64,000 nucleotides of DNA, taken from assembly GCA_964590195.1 (NCBI GenBank), contig CAZPWJ010000015.1, forward strand, positions 4,494-68,493, written 5' to 3'. Below, one piece after another: positions 31,295 to 41,331 of this stretch. Source of the stretch: an uncultured Rhodospirillaceae bacterium. Lineage in GTDB: Bacteria; Pseudomonadota; Alphaproteobacteria; GCA-2731375. A program made the position numbers and the translations under genes. Within the stretch, counting starts at the first letter, position 1. Every line of letters starts with the position of its first letter. The notes under the pieces were generated by a model that ran no database searches, was not told the DNA's origin, and saw only the letters and a list, made by a program, of their open reading frames with translations.

Positions 31295-32893
31295 CTACTT
31301 GTCCAGCCAGACGTCTTCCATGCGCCAGTTGTTATAGATACTGTTCACATGGGTGACGAAGCCCTTGACATATGGCTGCCAGCATTGTGCCGCCTTGCCG
31401 TGCATGATCATCGGCCGGGCCGCATCTTCCTGCAGCTTTTTGTCAATTTCCCAAACCAGCTTCTTACGCGCTGCCTGGTCTTCCATCATGGATTGCTTCG
31501 CGAACAGCTCTTCCATTTCCGGCTTGCAGTAGCCCGTGTAGTTGCGCTGCGAACCGCAGGAATAGTTTTCGTAGAAGTTCGCATCCGGATCATCAACACC
31601 GATGCCGGTCAGGTTTAGGCCAACCATGTAGTCCTTGCGGGCCACCTTGGCATGCCAGTTACTGGTCTCCACCGTATCCAACGTGGCATCGATGTAGATC
31701 TCTTTCAGATGATCGATCAGGATCACCGCCGGATCACGATAGACCGCGATGTTTCGGGTCGAGACCTTGACCTTCAGCTTCTTGTCCGGACCATATCCGA
31801 GACTCTTCATGATCTCGCGCGCCTTGGCCCGATTGCCGGCTACGTCCGCACTATAACCGGCCACCGTCTTCAGGAATTTCGGCGGCATACCCCAGACACC
31901 CGACGGCGGCGGCATCATCGCTCCGCCCTGGACGTTCTGACCTTCGCTGAGAATGTCGATGAAGGCCTTACGGTCCATCGTCATGACCATCGCCTTGCGG
32001 ATCTTGGCGTTGTCGAACGGCGGTTTGAATTGGTTGACGATGAGATTGAAGGAAACGTTCGTCGTCACCAATTCACAGACCGCGTGCGGCGCCTGTGCCT
32101 TCACGTCCTTCAACAGCGGAATGGTCACATCCACATTAAAGGTGAAGTCGAACTTGCCCGCGACAAAAGCCAGAACCCGAGTCGAACGGCTTTTGATAAT
32201 GGTCCAATCGATACCATCAAGATGGGGCAGGCCCTTTTTCCAATAGTTCTCGTTCTTCTTGAACTTCACATGCTCGTTCTGTTTCAGGCTGACGAACTTG
32301 AAGGGACCGGTGCCGATGGGATGGGTCCGCATCTTTTTCGGTGGCACGTGGCAGGGATAGACCGGCGAATAACCGCCCGCCAGCAATGCCACGAACGCGG
32401 GCTGCTTGCGTTTCAGGTGGAAGGTTGCCTGATAGTCGTTATCGGCGGTCACTTTATCCAGGTTCTTGTACCAGGATTTGCGCGGGTTCTTGCGCAGCTT
32501 GGCCTTGCCTTTGCCTTGCACCAGGTTCCAGGTGCAGACCACATCCTTGGCCGTGAAGGGTTTGCCGTCATGGAACTTCACGCCCTTGCGCAGCTTGAAG
32601 GTCAGCTTGGTCTTGTCGCTGTTCCAGGCCCATTCGGTGGCCAGATCGGGGACGATAGTGTCCAGGCTTTCAACGGCCTTGGCTTGATCGTACATGATCA
32701 GATTGTTGAACACGCCCATGTACGGCGCGACAGTTGAGTTCGTGGCTTCTTCATGAATAGAGCCACTGGGTGGGGTACCACGGTGGTAGGCCTTCAAGAC
32801 GCCACCGCTTTTTTGCGCCATGGCCGCCTCGGCGCTGAGCATCAGCCCAACCATCGAAACCGCGGACGCAATTGTAAAGAGTCTACGCTTCAT
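31295..32893 (-). CDS. dppA: ABC transporter substrate-binding protein, family 5 (DppA/NikA type)
   Basis: 532 aa with a signal peptide (MKRRLFTIASAVSMVGLMLSAEAAMA) and Lys-rich periplasmic SBP_bac_5 features. Confidence 0.85.
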   Translation of the reverse strand: MKRRLFTIASAVSMVGLMLSAEAAMAQKSGGVLKAYHRGTPPSGSIHEEATNSTVAPYMGVFNNLIMYDQAKAVESLDTIVPDLATEWAWNSDKTKLTFKLRKGVKFHDGKPFTAKDVVCTWNLVQGKGKAKLRKNPRKSWYKNLDKVTADNDYQATFHLKRKQPAFVALLAGGYSPVYPCHVPPKKMRTHPIGTGPFKFVSLKQNEHVKFKKNENYWKKGLPHLDGIDWTIIKSRSTRVLAFVAGKFDFTFNVDVTIPLLKDVKAQAPHAVCELVTTNVSFNLIVNQFKPPFDNAKIRKAMVMTMDRKAFIDILSEGQNVQGGAMMPPPSGVWGMPPKFLKTVAGYSADVAGNRAKAREIMKSLGYGPDKKLKVKVSTRNIAVYRDPAVILIDHLKEIYIDATLDTVETSNWHAKVARKDYMVGLNLTGIGVDDPDANFYENYSCGSQRNYTGYCKPEMEELFAKQSMMEDQAARKKLVWEIDKKLQEDAARPMIMHGKAAQCWQPYVKGFVTHVNSIYNNWRMEDVWLDK

Positions 32894-33104
32894 TACAGTC
32901 CTCCCTTATTGGTTTTCTAAATTCAGGAAGGAGTATGCGCAAACAATTCGCTTATGCCAAGTGATCGTTAACCAAAAGTTAACCATAACTGATTTCACAT
33001 TTGTCTTTAAGCCTGCCAAATTTTGATTTCCGCCTCGCTGGTTTCAGCCACCAACCGGCCCACTTTTATTGCATGGTCGGGTGCGGAGCGACTACAATCC
33101 CGCG

Positions 33105-33716
33105 ATGTCCTCGCCCGAACGTCAACTCGCCGCCATTGTGATCGCCCACGGGGTCGGCGCCCATGAAGAATGCGGCGACCTGGTTGAGGACATCTTCAAA
33201 CCCTACCTGAAGCAATTTAACGGCCGCCTGATCAGGGCCGGAGACGATCAATTGTTGCTGACCTTCACCTCCGCCGTGGCGGCGGTGAATTTTGCCCTTG
33301 ATGTCCAACGCACCCTGCCCATCCACCAAAGCGATTGGCCCCAGGAGCGGCGCCTGCGCTTTCGCCTCGGCATCAATCTGGGCGAGATCATTGTCGAGGG
33401 CGACGATATCCAAGGCGACGGCGTCGACGCCGCCGCCGGCCTGGGCGCGCTGGCGGAGCCGGGCGGCATCGTGATCGCCGGCAATGTTCTGGAACAGGTC
33501 CGCCGGCGCCTTGACCACGTGGCGTTCGAGGACATGGGCCCGCAAAGCCTGGCGGACATGCCCGGCCCGGTGCCGGCCTACCGGGTGCTGCTGGACGTCG
33601 CCGTTGTCGAGAAGGCCGTTCGCGGCGGCTCGATCTTCACCGGGCGCCGCATCGCCCTGGCGTTGCTGGTATTGGTGCTTCTTGCCGGCGCGGCGCTGTG
33701 GAAACTGCGGGGTTAA
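33105..33716 (+). CDS. class III adenylate/guanylate cyclase domain protein with C-terminal TM anchor
   Basis: RQLAAIVIAHGVG ... RFRLGINLGEIIVEGDDIQGDGVDAAAGL is a CYTH-less class-III cyclase core; the C-terminal LALLVLVLLAGAALW is a TM helix. ATG at 33105. Confidence 0.6.
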   Translation: MSSPERQLAAIVIAHGVGAHEECGDLVEDIFKPYLKQFNGRLIRAGDDQLLLTFTSAVAAVNFALDVQRTLPIHQSDWPQERRLRFRLGINLGEIIVEGDDIQGDGVDAAAGLGALAEPGGIVIAGNVLEQVRRRLDHVAFEDMGPQSLADMPGPVPAYRVLLDVAVVEKAVRGGSIFTGRRIALALLVLVLLAGAALWKLRG

Positions 33717-33863
33717 ACGGCCACGATCCTGCCGCGGTCCCGCTGCAGTTCGGGTGCTGTTCGAGAGCGGCGTTGCCACCGTGCGGTTTTATCCTTGCAC
33801 GGCTGGGTCCTATCGCTAGATTGCCCATAATTGTTGCGTAATTTTTGTTGTGAGGACGCCGTA

Positions 33864-34538
33864 ATGGATTTCGAGACACTTGTTAAAGAACGTAGAAGCA
33901 TCCGTGGCTACAAGCCCGACCCGGTGCCAAAAGAGGTTATCGAGGAAATCGTCGAGATCGCCAAGGGCGCGCCGTCGTCGATGAATACCCAGCCCTGGTT
34001 TCTGCACGTGATCACCGGCGAACCGCTGGACCGCATCCGCGAGGGCAATACGGAACGCATGCTGGGCGGGGCCGAGGTCAACCGCGAGATCCCCGTGCGC
34101 GACGGCTATGAAGGCGTGCATCGTCAGCGCCAGATCGAGGTCGCGATCCAGCTGTTCGAGGCCATGGGCATCGAACGGGACGACAAGGAACGGCGTCAGG
34201 ACTGGGTGTTGCGCGGCTTTCGCCAGTTCGACGCCCCGGTCTCCATCGTCGTGACCTATGACAAAAGCCTGGAGCCCGCCACCATCAGCCACTTCGACCT
34301 TGGCGCCATCGTCTACGGCCTGACCCTGGCCGCCTGGACCCGCGGCCTGGGCACGGTGATCAACGGCCAGGGCATCATGCAGTCGGACGTGGTCCGCGAA
34401 CATGCCAAGATTCCCGAATGGCAGACCATCATGACCTGCGTTGCCATGGGTTATCCCAACGATGATTTCTCCGCCAACAAGGTGAAATCCCGACGCACGC
34501 CGAACGAGGAGATTATCAGCTACGTCGGTTTCGAATAG
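33864..34538 (+). CDS. nitroreductase family protein
   Basis: MDFETLVKERRSIRGY N-terminus is the classic NfsB/nitroreductase FMN-binding start. ATG at 33864. Confidence 0.8.
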   Translation: MDFETLVKERRSIRGYKPDPVPKEVIEEIVEIAKGAPSSMNTQPWFLHVITGEPLDRIREGNTERMLGGAEVNREIPVRDGYEGVHRQRQIEVAIQLFEAMGIERDDKERRQDWVLRGFRQFDAPVSIVVTYDKSLEPATISHFDLGAIVYGLTLAAWTRGLGTVINGQGIMQSDVVREHAKIPEWQTIMTCVAMGYPNDDFSANKVKSRRTPNEEIISYVGFE

Positions 34539-34579
34539 GGCGGGGCTACGAGGTCAGAACAAATAGATTGCGCGTATCG

Positions 34580-35458
34580 TCAATACGGCCTCTCACCCAG
34601 GGTCATGGTGCGATACAGTTTGCGGCGCTGACCTGGATCGTAATCCGATCCGGCTTTGTGCAGGGCGGTTCGATTGTCGATGATCAGAAGGTCGCCGGGC
34701 CGCCAATCATGGGTATAGGTGAATTCCGGCTTTATGATGTCCTGCAGCAGATCCGCGAGAAATTCCTGGGTCTCGGCTGGGTCCATATCGTCGATCGATT
34801 CGGTCTTTCCCATATGGAACCAGATCGCCTTGGTGCCGCGTTCAGGGTGGGTGCGTACGAGAGGATGAACGACTGGCAGTTCGGCCAATTTCTCTTGTTC
34901 GGCCACGCTGTCGCGATTGGCGATCGCTAACCGGGCGCTGCTGACCCGAACATTACGGGTCTTCATTTTGTCGAGCTTGGCGCGGGTCTCTGCCGGAAGC
35001 GCAAGGTAGGCCGCATGCATGTTGGCGGCCGATGTGCCGCCGCCTTTCTCGGGAATTTCCACCGCATGCAGAAATGTAAAACAGGGCGGAATCTCCTTGT
35101 TGGTATGGTCGGTGTGCCAGGTCGCGTTCTTGTGCACGATCGCCTGTTTGCCTTGGCTGTCCTTTTCGAAGTTGTCCAAAATGCTAACCATCGGCAAACC
35201 CTCGACCAGATTGGTCTTGATCTGGTCTGGCATCAATTCGCCAAACAATTCCGCCGCCGCCGCGAATGTCTTTGGAGAAAAATTCTGATCGCGGACGACC
35301 ACGGCAACATGATCGACCACGGCTTCATAAAGCGCATCTCGGGTGGTCCCATCTATTGGCTGGGTCAGGTCGATCCCCGTAATTTCGGCACCAATATGTT
35401 CCTTGATCGGTGTCGCCTTGAATGACTGCCCGACGGTGGTATCCGCTTCAACAATCAT
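34580..35458 (-). CDS. TauD/TfdA-family alpha-ketoglutarate-dependent dioxygenase
   Basis: HTDHT...D Fe-binding motif (WHTDHTNKEIPP) and C-terminal HKAGSDYDPGQRR. ATG at 35458 with GGGGAG upstream. Confidence 0.75.
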   Translation of the reverse strand: MIVEADTTVGQSFKATPIKEHIGAEITGIDLTQPIDGTTRDALYEAVVDHVAVVVRDQNFSPKTFAAAAELFGELMPDQIKTNLVEGLPMVSILDNFEKDSQGKQAIVHKNATWHTDHTNKEIPPCFTFLHAVEIPEKGGGTSAANMHAAYLALPAETRAKLDKMKTRNVRVSSARLAIANRDSVAEQEKLAELPVVHPLVRTHPERGTKAIWFHMGKTESIDDMDPAETQEFLADLLQDIIKPEFTYTHDWRPGDLLIIDNRTALHKAGSDYDPGQRRKLYRTMTLGERPY

Positions 35459-35528
35459 GCGCCTTGTTCTCCCCATAAAAGAAAGCCTGTTATCAACGGG
35501 CTCAGAAAAAAATAGATGTTCCCGTGGA

Positions 35529-36500
35529 TCAAAAAGCCGCGCCACTGCTGGCCGTTGTTGCCTTGTAGCGCCGGTCGTCTGTTTCCTCGCGCAGCAACGC
35601 CAATTCGTCGGCCAGGGCCTGCCGGCCTGCTTCGGCCTCTGGGTCAGTCGGGTTGTAGGCAAATTCGGTGTCCTCGCCCGCTACCCGCGTGCCAACGACG
35701 ATCCTTGGCTTGCTGTAATCATATGGCAGGGCGCGGTGCAGCAGGGCGCGGTTATCCCAGAACAGCAGATCACCGGGGCGATAATTGTGTTCATAGACCC
35801 GCGCCGGATCGGAAATAACAAAATCCAGGAGGGAGCGCAGCAAGGCACCGCTCTCGTCCCGGCTCAAACCGGGAATGGCAAATGCGTGCCTGCCAATGAA
35901 TAGATTCCTAACGCCGGTCTGGGGGTGCACCTTGACCAGGGGGCGCAGGTAGGCCTCGCCATGATAGATCGAGTCCGCCTGCTCGACGGGGAAATCGCCC
36001 ACATCGTTGGCCTGGGAATACTGGTTGGAATGATAGGCGCTAAGGTCCGCGATGCGGTCCTTTGTCTCCTGATCCAGGGCCGCGTATCCGGCCCGGGTGT
36101 CGGCCAGCGCCGTGCCGCCGCCCTGTTCGGGGATATCCACCGCCGCCAGCATGGCGCATTTGCTGCTGTAGGGTTTGTAGGTTGAATCCGTGTGCCAGGC
36201 TTCATTGCCGATAATCATCCGCATGCGCTGGGAATTGATATCCAGGATCTCCCCCCGCGAACCATCGTCGTTGACATCCTGGTTCGAGAGAAAGGATATG
36301 GCCGCGAATTCCAGTTCGCCGAAACGTCTACCGAATTCGGTACAGTCCTCGTTCGATGGGAAAAGTTCCGGAAAGACCAGGAAACCATATTCCAGAAACG
36401 CCGCTTCCATTCCCCCGAATTCGCCGTCGCTTAGGCGGCCCAGATTCACATCCGTGACAACGGCGCCAAACGTCTTGTTTTCCACTGGCCTGATTTTCAT
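35529..36500 (-). CDS. TauD/TfdA-family alpha-ketoglutarate-dependent dioxygenase (second paralog)
   Basis: WHTDSTYKPYSS motif and a C-terminal LHRALPYD segment; 323 aa. Confidence 0.75.
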   Translation of the reverse strand: MKIRPVENKTFGAVVTDVNLGRLSDGEFGGMEAAFLEYGFLVFPELFPSNEDCTEFGRRFGELEFAAISFLSNQDVNDDGSRGEILDINSQRMRMIIGNEAWHTDSTYKPYSSKCAMLAAVDIPEQGGGTALADTRAGYAALDQETKDRIADLSAYHSNQYSQANDVGDFPVEQADSIYHGEAYLRPLVKVHPQTGVRNLFIGRHAFAIPGLSRDESGALLRSLLDFVISDPARVYEHNYRPGDLLFWDNRALLHRALPYDYSKPRIVVGTRVAGEDTEFAYNPTDPEAEAGRQALADELALLREETDDRRYKATTASSGAAF

Positions 36501-36570
36501 CTTGCTTTCCCCCTATGCACTCAAACTCTAAGGCTACAGAAGTGGCCCTTGCAGGTCAAAGAGCAGCTAT

Positions 36571-37902
36571 TTAGCCCTTGGCGGGGAAAAACTGGTTTTC
36601 CGGCCGGGGCAGCCCGAGATTTTCCCGCAACGTCCTGCCCTCGTATTCCGTTCGGAACAGGCCGCGCCTTTGTAGTTCCGGCACCACCTGGTCGACGAAA
36701 TCATCCAGGCCGGCGGGCAGATAGGGGAACATGACGTTGAAGCCGTCGCAGGCGTCCCCCAACAGCCATTCCTGCATTTGATCCGCGATCATCGACGCCG
36801 TGCCAACCATGGCCAGCCCGGAATAGCCGCCCAGGCGTCCGGCCAGCTGGCGGACGTTCAGGTTCTCCCGTTCCGCCAGGGCCAGCACCCGTTCGCGGCC
36901 GCTTTTCGAGGCATTGCTCTCCGGGATCGGCGGCAACGGTCCATCCGGGTCAAAGGCGGAGGCATCATGGCCCAAGGCAATGGAGAGCGAGGCAATGGCG
37001 CTGTCGTAATGCACCAGACTGTCGAGCAGCGCGCGTTTTTCCCTTGCCTCGGCCTCCGTCTCGCCCACGACGACAAAGGCGCCGGGCAGAATTTTCAGAT
37101 GCTCCCGGCCCCGGCCCAGGGCGTCCATGCGGCCCTTGACGTCGGCGTAAAAGGCCTGGCCGTCCGCCAAGGTGGTCTGGGCGGCGAAAATAACCTCCGC
37201 CGTTTCCGCCGCCAGCTGCCGGCCCGCGTCCGAGGCGCCGGCCTGCACGATCACCGGCCAGCCCTGGGGGGGCCGGGCGATGTTCAGCGGCCCGCGCACG
37301 GAGAGATAGTCGCCCTTATGATTGAGAACGTGCAGTTTATCGGGATCGAAAAAAACGCCGCTATCCACGTCACGAATGAAGGCATCATCGGCCCAGCTGT
37401 CCCACAGGCCGGTGATCACATCGACGAATTCCCGAGCCCGGCGGTAACGCTCGCCATGCTCCATATGGTCTTCCATGCCGAAATTCAAGGCGGCATCCGG
37501 GTTCGAGGTGGTGACCAGGTTCCAGGCCGCCCGCCCGCCGCTGATATGGTCCAACGAAGCAAAACGCCGGGCAATCGTATAAGGCGGCTCGAAGGTGGTG
37601 GACGCCGTCGCGATCAGGCCCAGATGCTCCGTCACCATGGCCAGGGCCGGCAACAGGGTCAGGGGGTCGAACGAGGTCGAGGTGGCGCTGCGTTTCAATG
37701 CCTCCATGGGCATGTTCAAAACCGCCAGATGATCGGCCATGAAAAAGGCATCGAACCTGCCCTGCTCCAGCTTTTGCGCATAACGGGTCAGGGCCTTGAG
37801 GTCGAAGTTGGCGTTCGGCGTGCCGCCTGGATAGCGCCAGGCGGCGGTATGAATGCTGGCCGGGCGCATGAAGGCACCCAGGCGCAGTTGACGGTCCCCC
37901 AT
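36571..37902 (-). CDS. LLM-class flavin-dependent monooxygenase, NtaA/SnaA/DszA family
   Basis: 443 aa with a luciferase-like TIM barrel (FMADHLAV ... NLVTTSNPDAALNFG), the length typical of NtaA/DszA. Confidence 0.8.
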   Translation of the reverse strand: MGDRQLRLGAFMRPASIHTAAWRYPGGTPNANFDLKALTRYAQKLEQGRFDAFFMADHLAVLNMPMEALKRSATSTSFDPLTLLPALAMVTEHLGLIATASTTFEPPYTIARRFASLDHISGGRAAWNLVTTSNPDAALNFGMEDHMEHGERYRRAREFVDVITGLWDSWADDAFIRDVDSGVFFDPDKLHVLNHKGDYLSVRGPLNIARPPQGWPVIVQAGASDAGRQLAAETAEVIFAAQTTLADGQAFYADVKGRMDALGRGREHLKILPGAFVVVGETEAEAREKRALLDSLVHYDSAIASLSIALGHDASAFDPDGPLPPIPESNASKSGRERVLALAERENLNVRQLAGRLGGYSGLAMVGTASMIADQMQEWLLGDACDGFNVMFPYLPAGLDDFVDQVVPELQRRGLFRTEYEGRTLRENLGLPRPENQFFPAKG

Positions 37903-37916
37903 GATGTCCCCTTTCG

Positions 37917-38522
37917 TTATTTTTGCTTTTCGATCTCTTCCTCGACGCCCACCAGGCGGTCCTTGCCGAAGAAGATTTCGTCACCGACATAGAAGGTCGG
38001 GCTGCCGAAGGTGCCCCGTTCGGCCGAGGCCGTGGTGTTGGCCAGCAACTCATCCTTGACGGACTGATCCTGAATAGCCTCCGCCATGGCGGCGCTGTCC
38101 AGGCCATCCTTGTCCAGGGCCGCCTTGATCACCTCCGGATCATCCATTTTCAGGCCCTCTTCCCACATATGGCGATACACGGCGTCGACATAGTGTTCGA
38201 AACAGCCCTGGCGCTTGGCCCAAACGGCGCCGCGCATGATTTGCACGGTGTTGACGGGGAAGTGGGGATTGCGGGAATAAGCGGTCAGGCCGTGCTTGTC
38301 GATAAAGCGCTGCATCTCCAACTGACCGTATTCGTTTTTGTTTTTGATGCCTTGAAATTGTTCCATTGGCGATTTGTTGTTGGTCAGTTTAAAAACCCCA
38401 CCAAGCAATACAGGCACATACTCGCAGGCCACACCCGTACGCTCGACGATGCCGGGGATCAGCTTGTGTGAGATGTAGGCGTTGGGGCTGCCGAAATCGA
38501 AATGAAATTCAAAGGTAGGCAT
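37917..38522 (-). CDS. DsbA-like thioredoxin-fold protein, 2-hydroxychromene-2-carboxylate isomerase family
   Basis: 201 aa starting MPTFEFHFDFGSPNAY, typical of HCCA isomerase / DsbA_FrnE-like proteins. Confidence 0.65.
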   Translation of the reverse strand: MPTFEFHFDFGSPNAYISHKLIPGIVERTGVACEYVPVLLGGVFKLTNNKSPMEQFQGIKNKNEYGQLEMQRFIDKHGLTAYSRNPHFPVNTVQIMRGAVWAKRQGCFEHYVDAVYRHMWEEGLKMDDPEVIKAALDKDGLDSAAMAEAIQDQSVKDELLANTTASAERGTFGSPTFYVGDEIFFGKDRLVGVEEEIEKQK

Positions 38523-38554
38523 GTGGGACTTCCTCGATTACAAAAATTGGGTGC

Positions 38555-39799
38555 ATGACTTTGCCCCATAGTATCCCGGCCATGCATGAAAGCGAAACCT
38601 CTCTGTGGCGCGACACCAGGGCGTTGTCCTTTGTCATCTGGCTGTCCATCGCCCAGACCGTGTCCTGGGGCATCATGTTCTATGGCTTCGCGGTTTTCAT
38701 CAAACCCCTGACGGCAGAGTTTGGTTGGAGCAAGGCGGACATCACCGGCGCCTTTACGGTTTCCCTGCTGGTCGTGGGCCTGCTCTCGGTTACGGCGGGC
38801 ACAATTCTTGATCGTTTCGGCGGGCGCTGGTTGATGACCGGGGCCTCGGCCCTGGGCGCGGTGATCCTGTTGGCGGCGGCCCATGTGGAAAACCTGTCGG
38901 CCTATTATGTGGTCTGGATCGGCCTGGGCCTGGCCATGTCGGCAACGCTCTATCCGGCGGGCTTTGCCGTGCTGGTCGCCACCCTGGGCCCGCGGGCGCG
39001 CCAGGGCGTCACAATAATGACCCTGATCGCGGGGTTCGCCAGCACCGTGTTTATTCCGTTCATCAGCCTGTTGTTGGAACTGATGGACTGGCGGGAAACC
39101 TTTACCATGTTGGGGCTGATCCTGGCGGGCATCTGCGTGCCCATCCATGCCTATGTGCTGCGCCTGGAGCGCATACCCGGCACCGGCCAGACCGGGCGGC
39201 CCAGAATTTTCACCATCGATTTGCAGGACGGCCCCGTGGCCGCGGGTCTGCGCAATCCGGCGTTCTGGTGGATCGGCATCTGTTTTACCGCGAACTCCCT
39301 GGTGATGGCCGGGGTCACCGTGCATATCATCCCATTGATGCTGGAACGAGGTTTCGCCATGGCGGCCATCGTCGCCACCATCGCCATGATCGGGCCCATG
39401 CAGGTTGCCGGGCGCGTGGTGATTACCGTGTTCGAAAAATGGCTGGATTTCCGCAAGGCCGGTCTGATGTCAGGCGTCTTCCTGCTGATCGGCTTCGCCC
39501 TGTTGTCACTGGCCCAGCCGGACAATTACCTGAACTATCTGTTCCCCATATTCTATGGCAGCTCCCTCGGTATCATAACCATTGTGCGCGCCCTGGCCGT
39601 GCCCGAGTTGATCGGGCCGGAAGCCTATGGTGCCCTGAACGGTCTGTTGGGACTGGCCTCGTCATTGGCGCTGGCCGTCACGCCGGTGCTGATCAGTTGG
39701 GTCTGGCTGCTCAGCCAATCCTACACCGCGCCCCTGATCGTCCTCTCGGCGGTCGGCTTGGCATCATTGCTCAGTTTCATCATGGCGGTGCGGCGATGA
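38555..39799 (+). CDS. MFS transporter
   Basis: 414 aa with 12 predicted TM segments and MFS-like loops (GTILDRFGGRWL). Confidence 0.75.
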   Translation: MTLPHSIPAMHESETSLWRDTRALSFVIWLSIAQTVSWGIMFYGFAVFIKPLTAEFGWSKADITGAFTVSLLVVGLLSVTAGTILDRFGGRWLMTGASALGAVILLAAAHVENLSAYYVVWIGLGLAMSATLYPAGFAVLVATLGPRARQGVTIMTLIAGFASTVFIPFISLLLELMDWRETFTMLGLILAGICVPIHAYVLRLERIPGTGQTGRPRIFTIDLQDGPVAAGLRNPAFWWIGICFTANSLVMAGVTVHIIPLMLERGFAMAAIVATIAMIGPMQVAGRVVITVFEKWLDFRKAGLMSGVFLLIGFALLSLAQPDNYLNYLFPIFYGSSLGIITIVRALAVPELIGPEAYGALNGLLGLASSLALAVTPVLISWVWLLSQSYTAPLIVLSAVGLASLLSFIMAVRR

Positions 39800-39980
39800 G
39801 CGGCTTCCAACAGCGGCGGCAATTGTTTACAGTTCGCCGTGAAACAGGGGAGAATGCATGATGAAAGGGCCGGCAAAGAGCTTGTCACTCATAAGACGCC
39901 TGTCAAAGACCCATCGTTACGGCCTTGCCGCCGTCATCGCGATGCTGGTCATCTATCATTCCTATCAAATCTGGTACGGA

Positions 39981-40018
39981 TAGAGCATCTCGCAAAAAAT
40001 GGCCGGATGCAGATGCAT
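39981..40018 (-). terminator. rho-independent terminator of the CNPC-repeat/P460 gene
   Basis: Perfect 11-bp inverted repeat GGCCGGATGCA-gatgca-TGCATCCGGCC (39991..40018). On the minus strand it is followed by AUUUUUUG (complement of cgcaaaaaat at 39981..39990). It sits between convergent genes. Confidence 0.55.
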
Positions 40019-40095
40019 GCATCCGGCCAGTCTTGGAGGTGTGACAACAGGATGAACGAACGGTCCAAACGAACCAATCGTACTAACGTGTGGGA

Positions 40096-41331
40096 CTAAC
40101 GTACGCGGTACTCATCCGGCAGGAACATCAGGCTGTCCTGTTCCTCGGCGACAGCCATGTGGCATTCGTAGCAGAAGTTCATCTTGGCCGAGCCGGCGCC
40201 ATTGGTGGTGCCGAATACCTGGCCGTTGGGCAGCACCATGGTGTAACGCCAGTTGCCTGAGGCCTTGTTGAAACCAGCCGGCATTTTCTCCATCAGGAAC
40301 AGCGGCCCCGCCGCCAGCTTGCCGTCAGCCTTGGCGACGAAGCTGTCCTTGGCCAATAGGGCACCAACGGCCATGCGGCCCGCCGCTTCATATTTGCCGT
40401 AGTTGCCGGCGGAGGTATTGCCGTAATTGTTGACGTAGCGCCCGCCATGGGTGTCCGAAACATAGGGCTGCGAGGAATAGTTCTTCCAATCCTTGTAGTG
40501 GCTGGCCACGGTCAGACCGGACTTGGAATAGCCGGCAACAAGATCCTCGACCAGGCAGTCATAGGCCTTGCGCGCCTCGGCCGCCGTCAACTCGGCCACG
40601 GCACCGGCGCCACAGGGATTACACGGATTGCAGGGATTGCAAGGGCCGCAGCCTTTCTTGGCGGCGCATGGGTTGCACGGATTGCAGGCTTTCTTGGCGG
40701 CACATGGATTGCATGGGCTGCAAGCTTTCTTGGCGGCGCACGGGTTGCAGGCGCCACAGCCCTTCTTTTTGGCCGCACAGGGATTGCACAATGAAGCCTT
40801 GACCAGGCGTGGAATGGCGCATTTCAGTGATGCCGAGGCGCCGCCGGCACCGCAAGGATTACAGGGATTACAGGCACCGCAACCCTTTTTCGCGGCGCAG
40901 GGATTGCACGGATTACAGGCCTTCTTGGCGGCGCAGGGATTGCAGGCGCCACAGGCCTTTTTCGCCGCACAGGGATTGCAGGCGCCGCAACCTTTCTTCT
41001 TGGCCGCGCATGGATTGCAGGCACCGCAGCCGCGTTTCTTACTGGCGCACGGGTTGCACGCGGCGGCCAGCCGCATTGGTCCTTGGTCTCTGGGCGCGGC
41101 GGGTGCGTTGGGCTGTTGGCCCCCGGCCAAAGTCCCCCTGGCGACGGCGGTGGGATTAATCCCATTGGAGGCGCCGGACGCTGAAGCCGTCTGGGCGGCT
41201 CTGGCAAAGGCGACATCAGCTAAAGGAATAGTGGCACCGGCCGCCAAGGCCGCCCCCATGACCACTTGCAACACGGATGATTTGATGATTTTGCTTTTCG
41301 TTGATCGCACGATCCAGCCTCCAGCATTCAT
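40096..41331 (-). CDS. secreted fusion protein: signal peptide + two arrays of CNPC/Lys-rich tandem repeats + C-terminal cytochrome P460-family domain (CXXCH)
   Basis: ATG at 41331 with a GGGGAA RBS (the ORF-track start 41346 is TTG). The N-region/hydrophobic signal peptide is followed by an Ala/Gly/Gln/Pro linker. Residues ~97-246 hold 17 C-N-P-C motifs in units such as CNPCAAKK(K)GCGA and CNPCNPC, arranged as two diverged ~75-aa blocks. The C-terminus ...[10 protein letters not shown]...[26 protein letters not shown] resembles cytochrome P460 (GNW.Y... C..CH ... D.VF..FYP). Confidence 0.6.
   Translation of the reverse strand: MNAGGWIVRSTKSKIIKSSVLQVVMGAALAAGATIPLADVAFARAAQTASASGASNGINPTAVARGTLAGGQQPNAPAAPRDQGPMRLAAACNPCASKKRGCGACNPCAAKKKGCGACNPCAAKKACGACNPCAAKKACNPCNPCAAKKGCGACNPCNPCGAGGASASLKCAIPRLVKASLCNPCAAKKKGCGACNPCAAKKACSPCNPCAAKKACNPCNPCAAKKGCGPCNPCNPCNPCGAGAVAELTAAEARKAYDCLVEDLVAGYSKSGLTVASHYKDWKNYSSQPYVSDTHGGRYVNNYGNTSAGNYGKYEAAGRMAVGALLAKDSFVAKADGKLAAGPLFLMEKMPAGFNKASGNWRYTMVLPNGQVFGTTNGAGSAKMNFCYECHMAVAEEQDSLMFLPDEYRVR
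40609..41058 (-). repeat. in-frame coding tandem repeat (9-39 bp units, gggattgca core) encoding CNPC / CAAKK units
   Basis: The plus strand shows a reiterated gggattgca(c/g)gg... with ttcttggcggcgca(c/t)gg units in two blocks (40609..40800 and 40835..41058). Synonymous third-position drift between blocks argues against a recent duplication. Confidence 0.85.

Noticed and set aside
39839-40099. 86-aa ORF in the MFS / P460 intergenic region
   Set aside because: It spans the terminator hairpin, with no RBS and a basic low-complexity translation; the intergenic-terminator explanation fits better.
40609-41058. Possible CRISPR-like array suggested by ~33-39 bp periodicity
   Set aside because: The units are in-frame codons (gggattgca = C-N-P read on the other strand) with no unique spacers and no cas genes or leader. 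It is a protein-coding tandem repeat.
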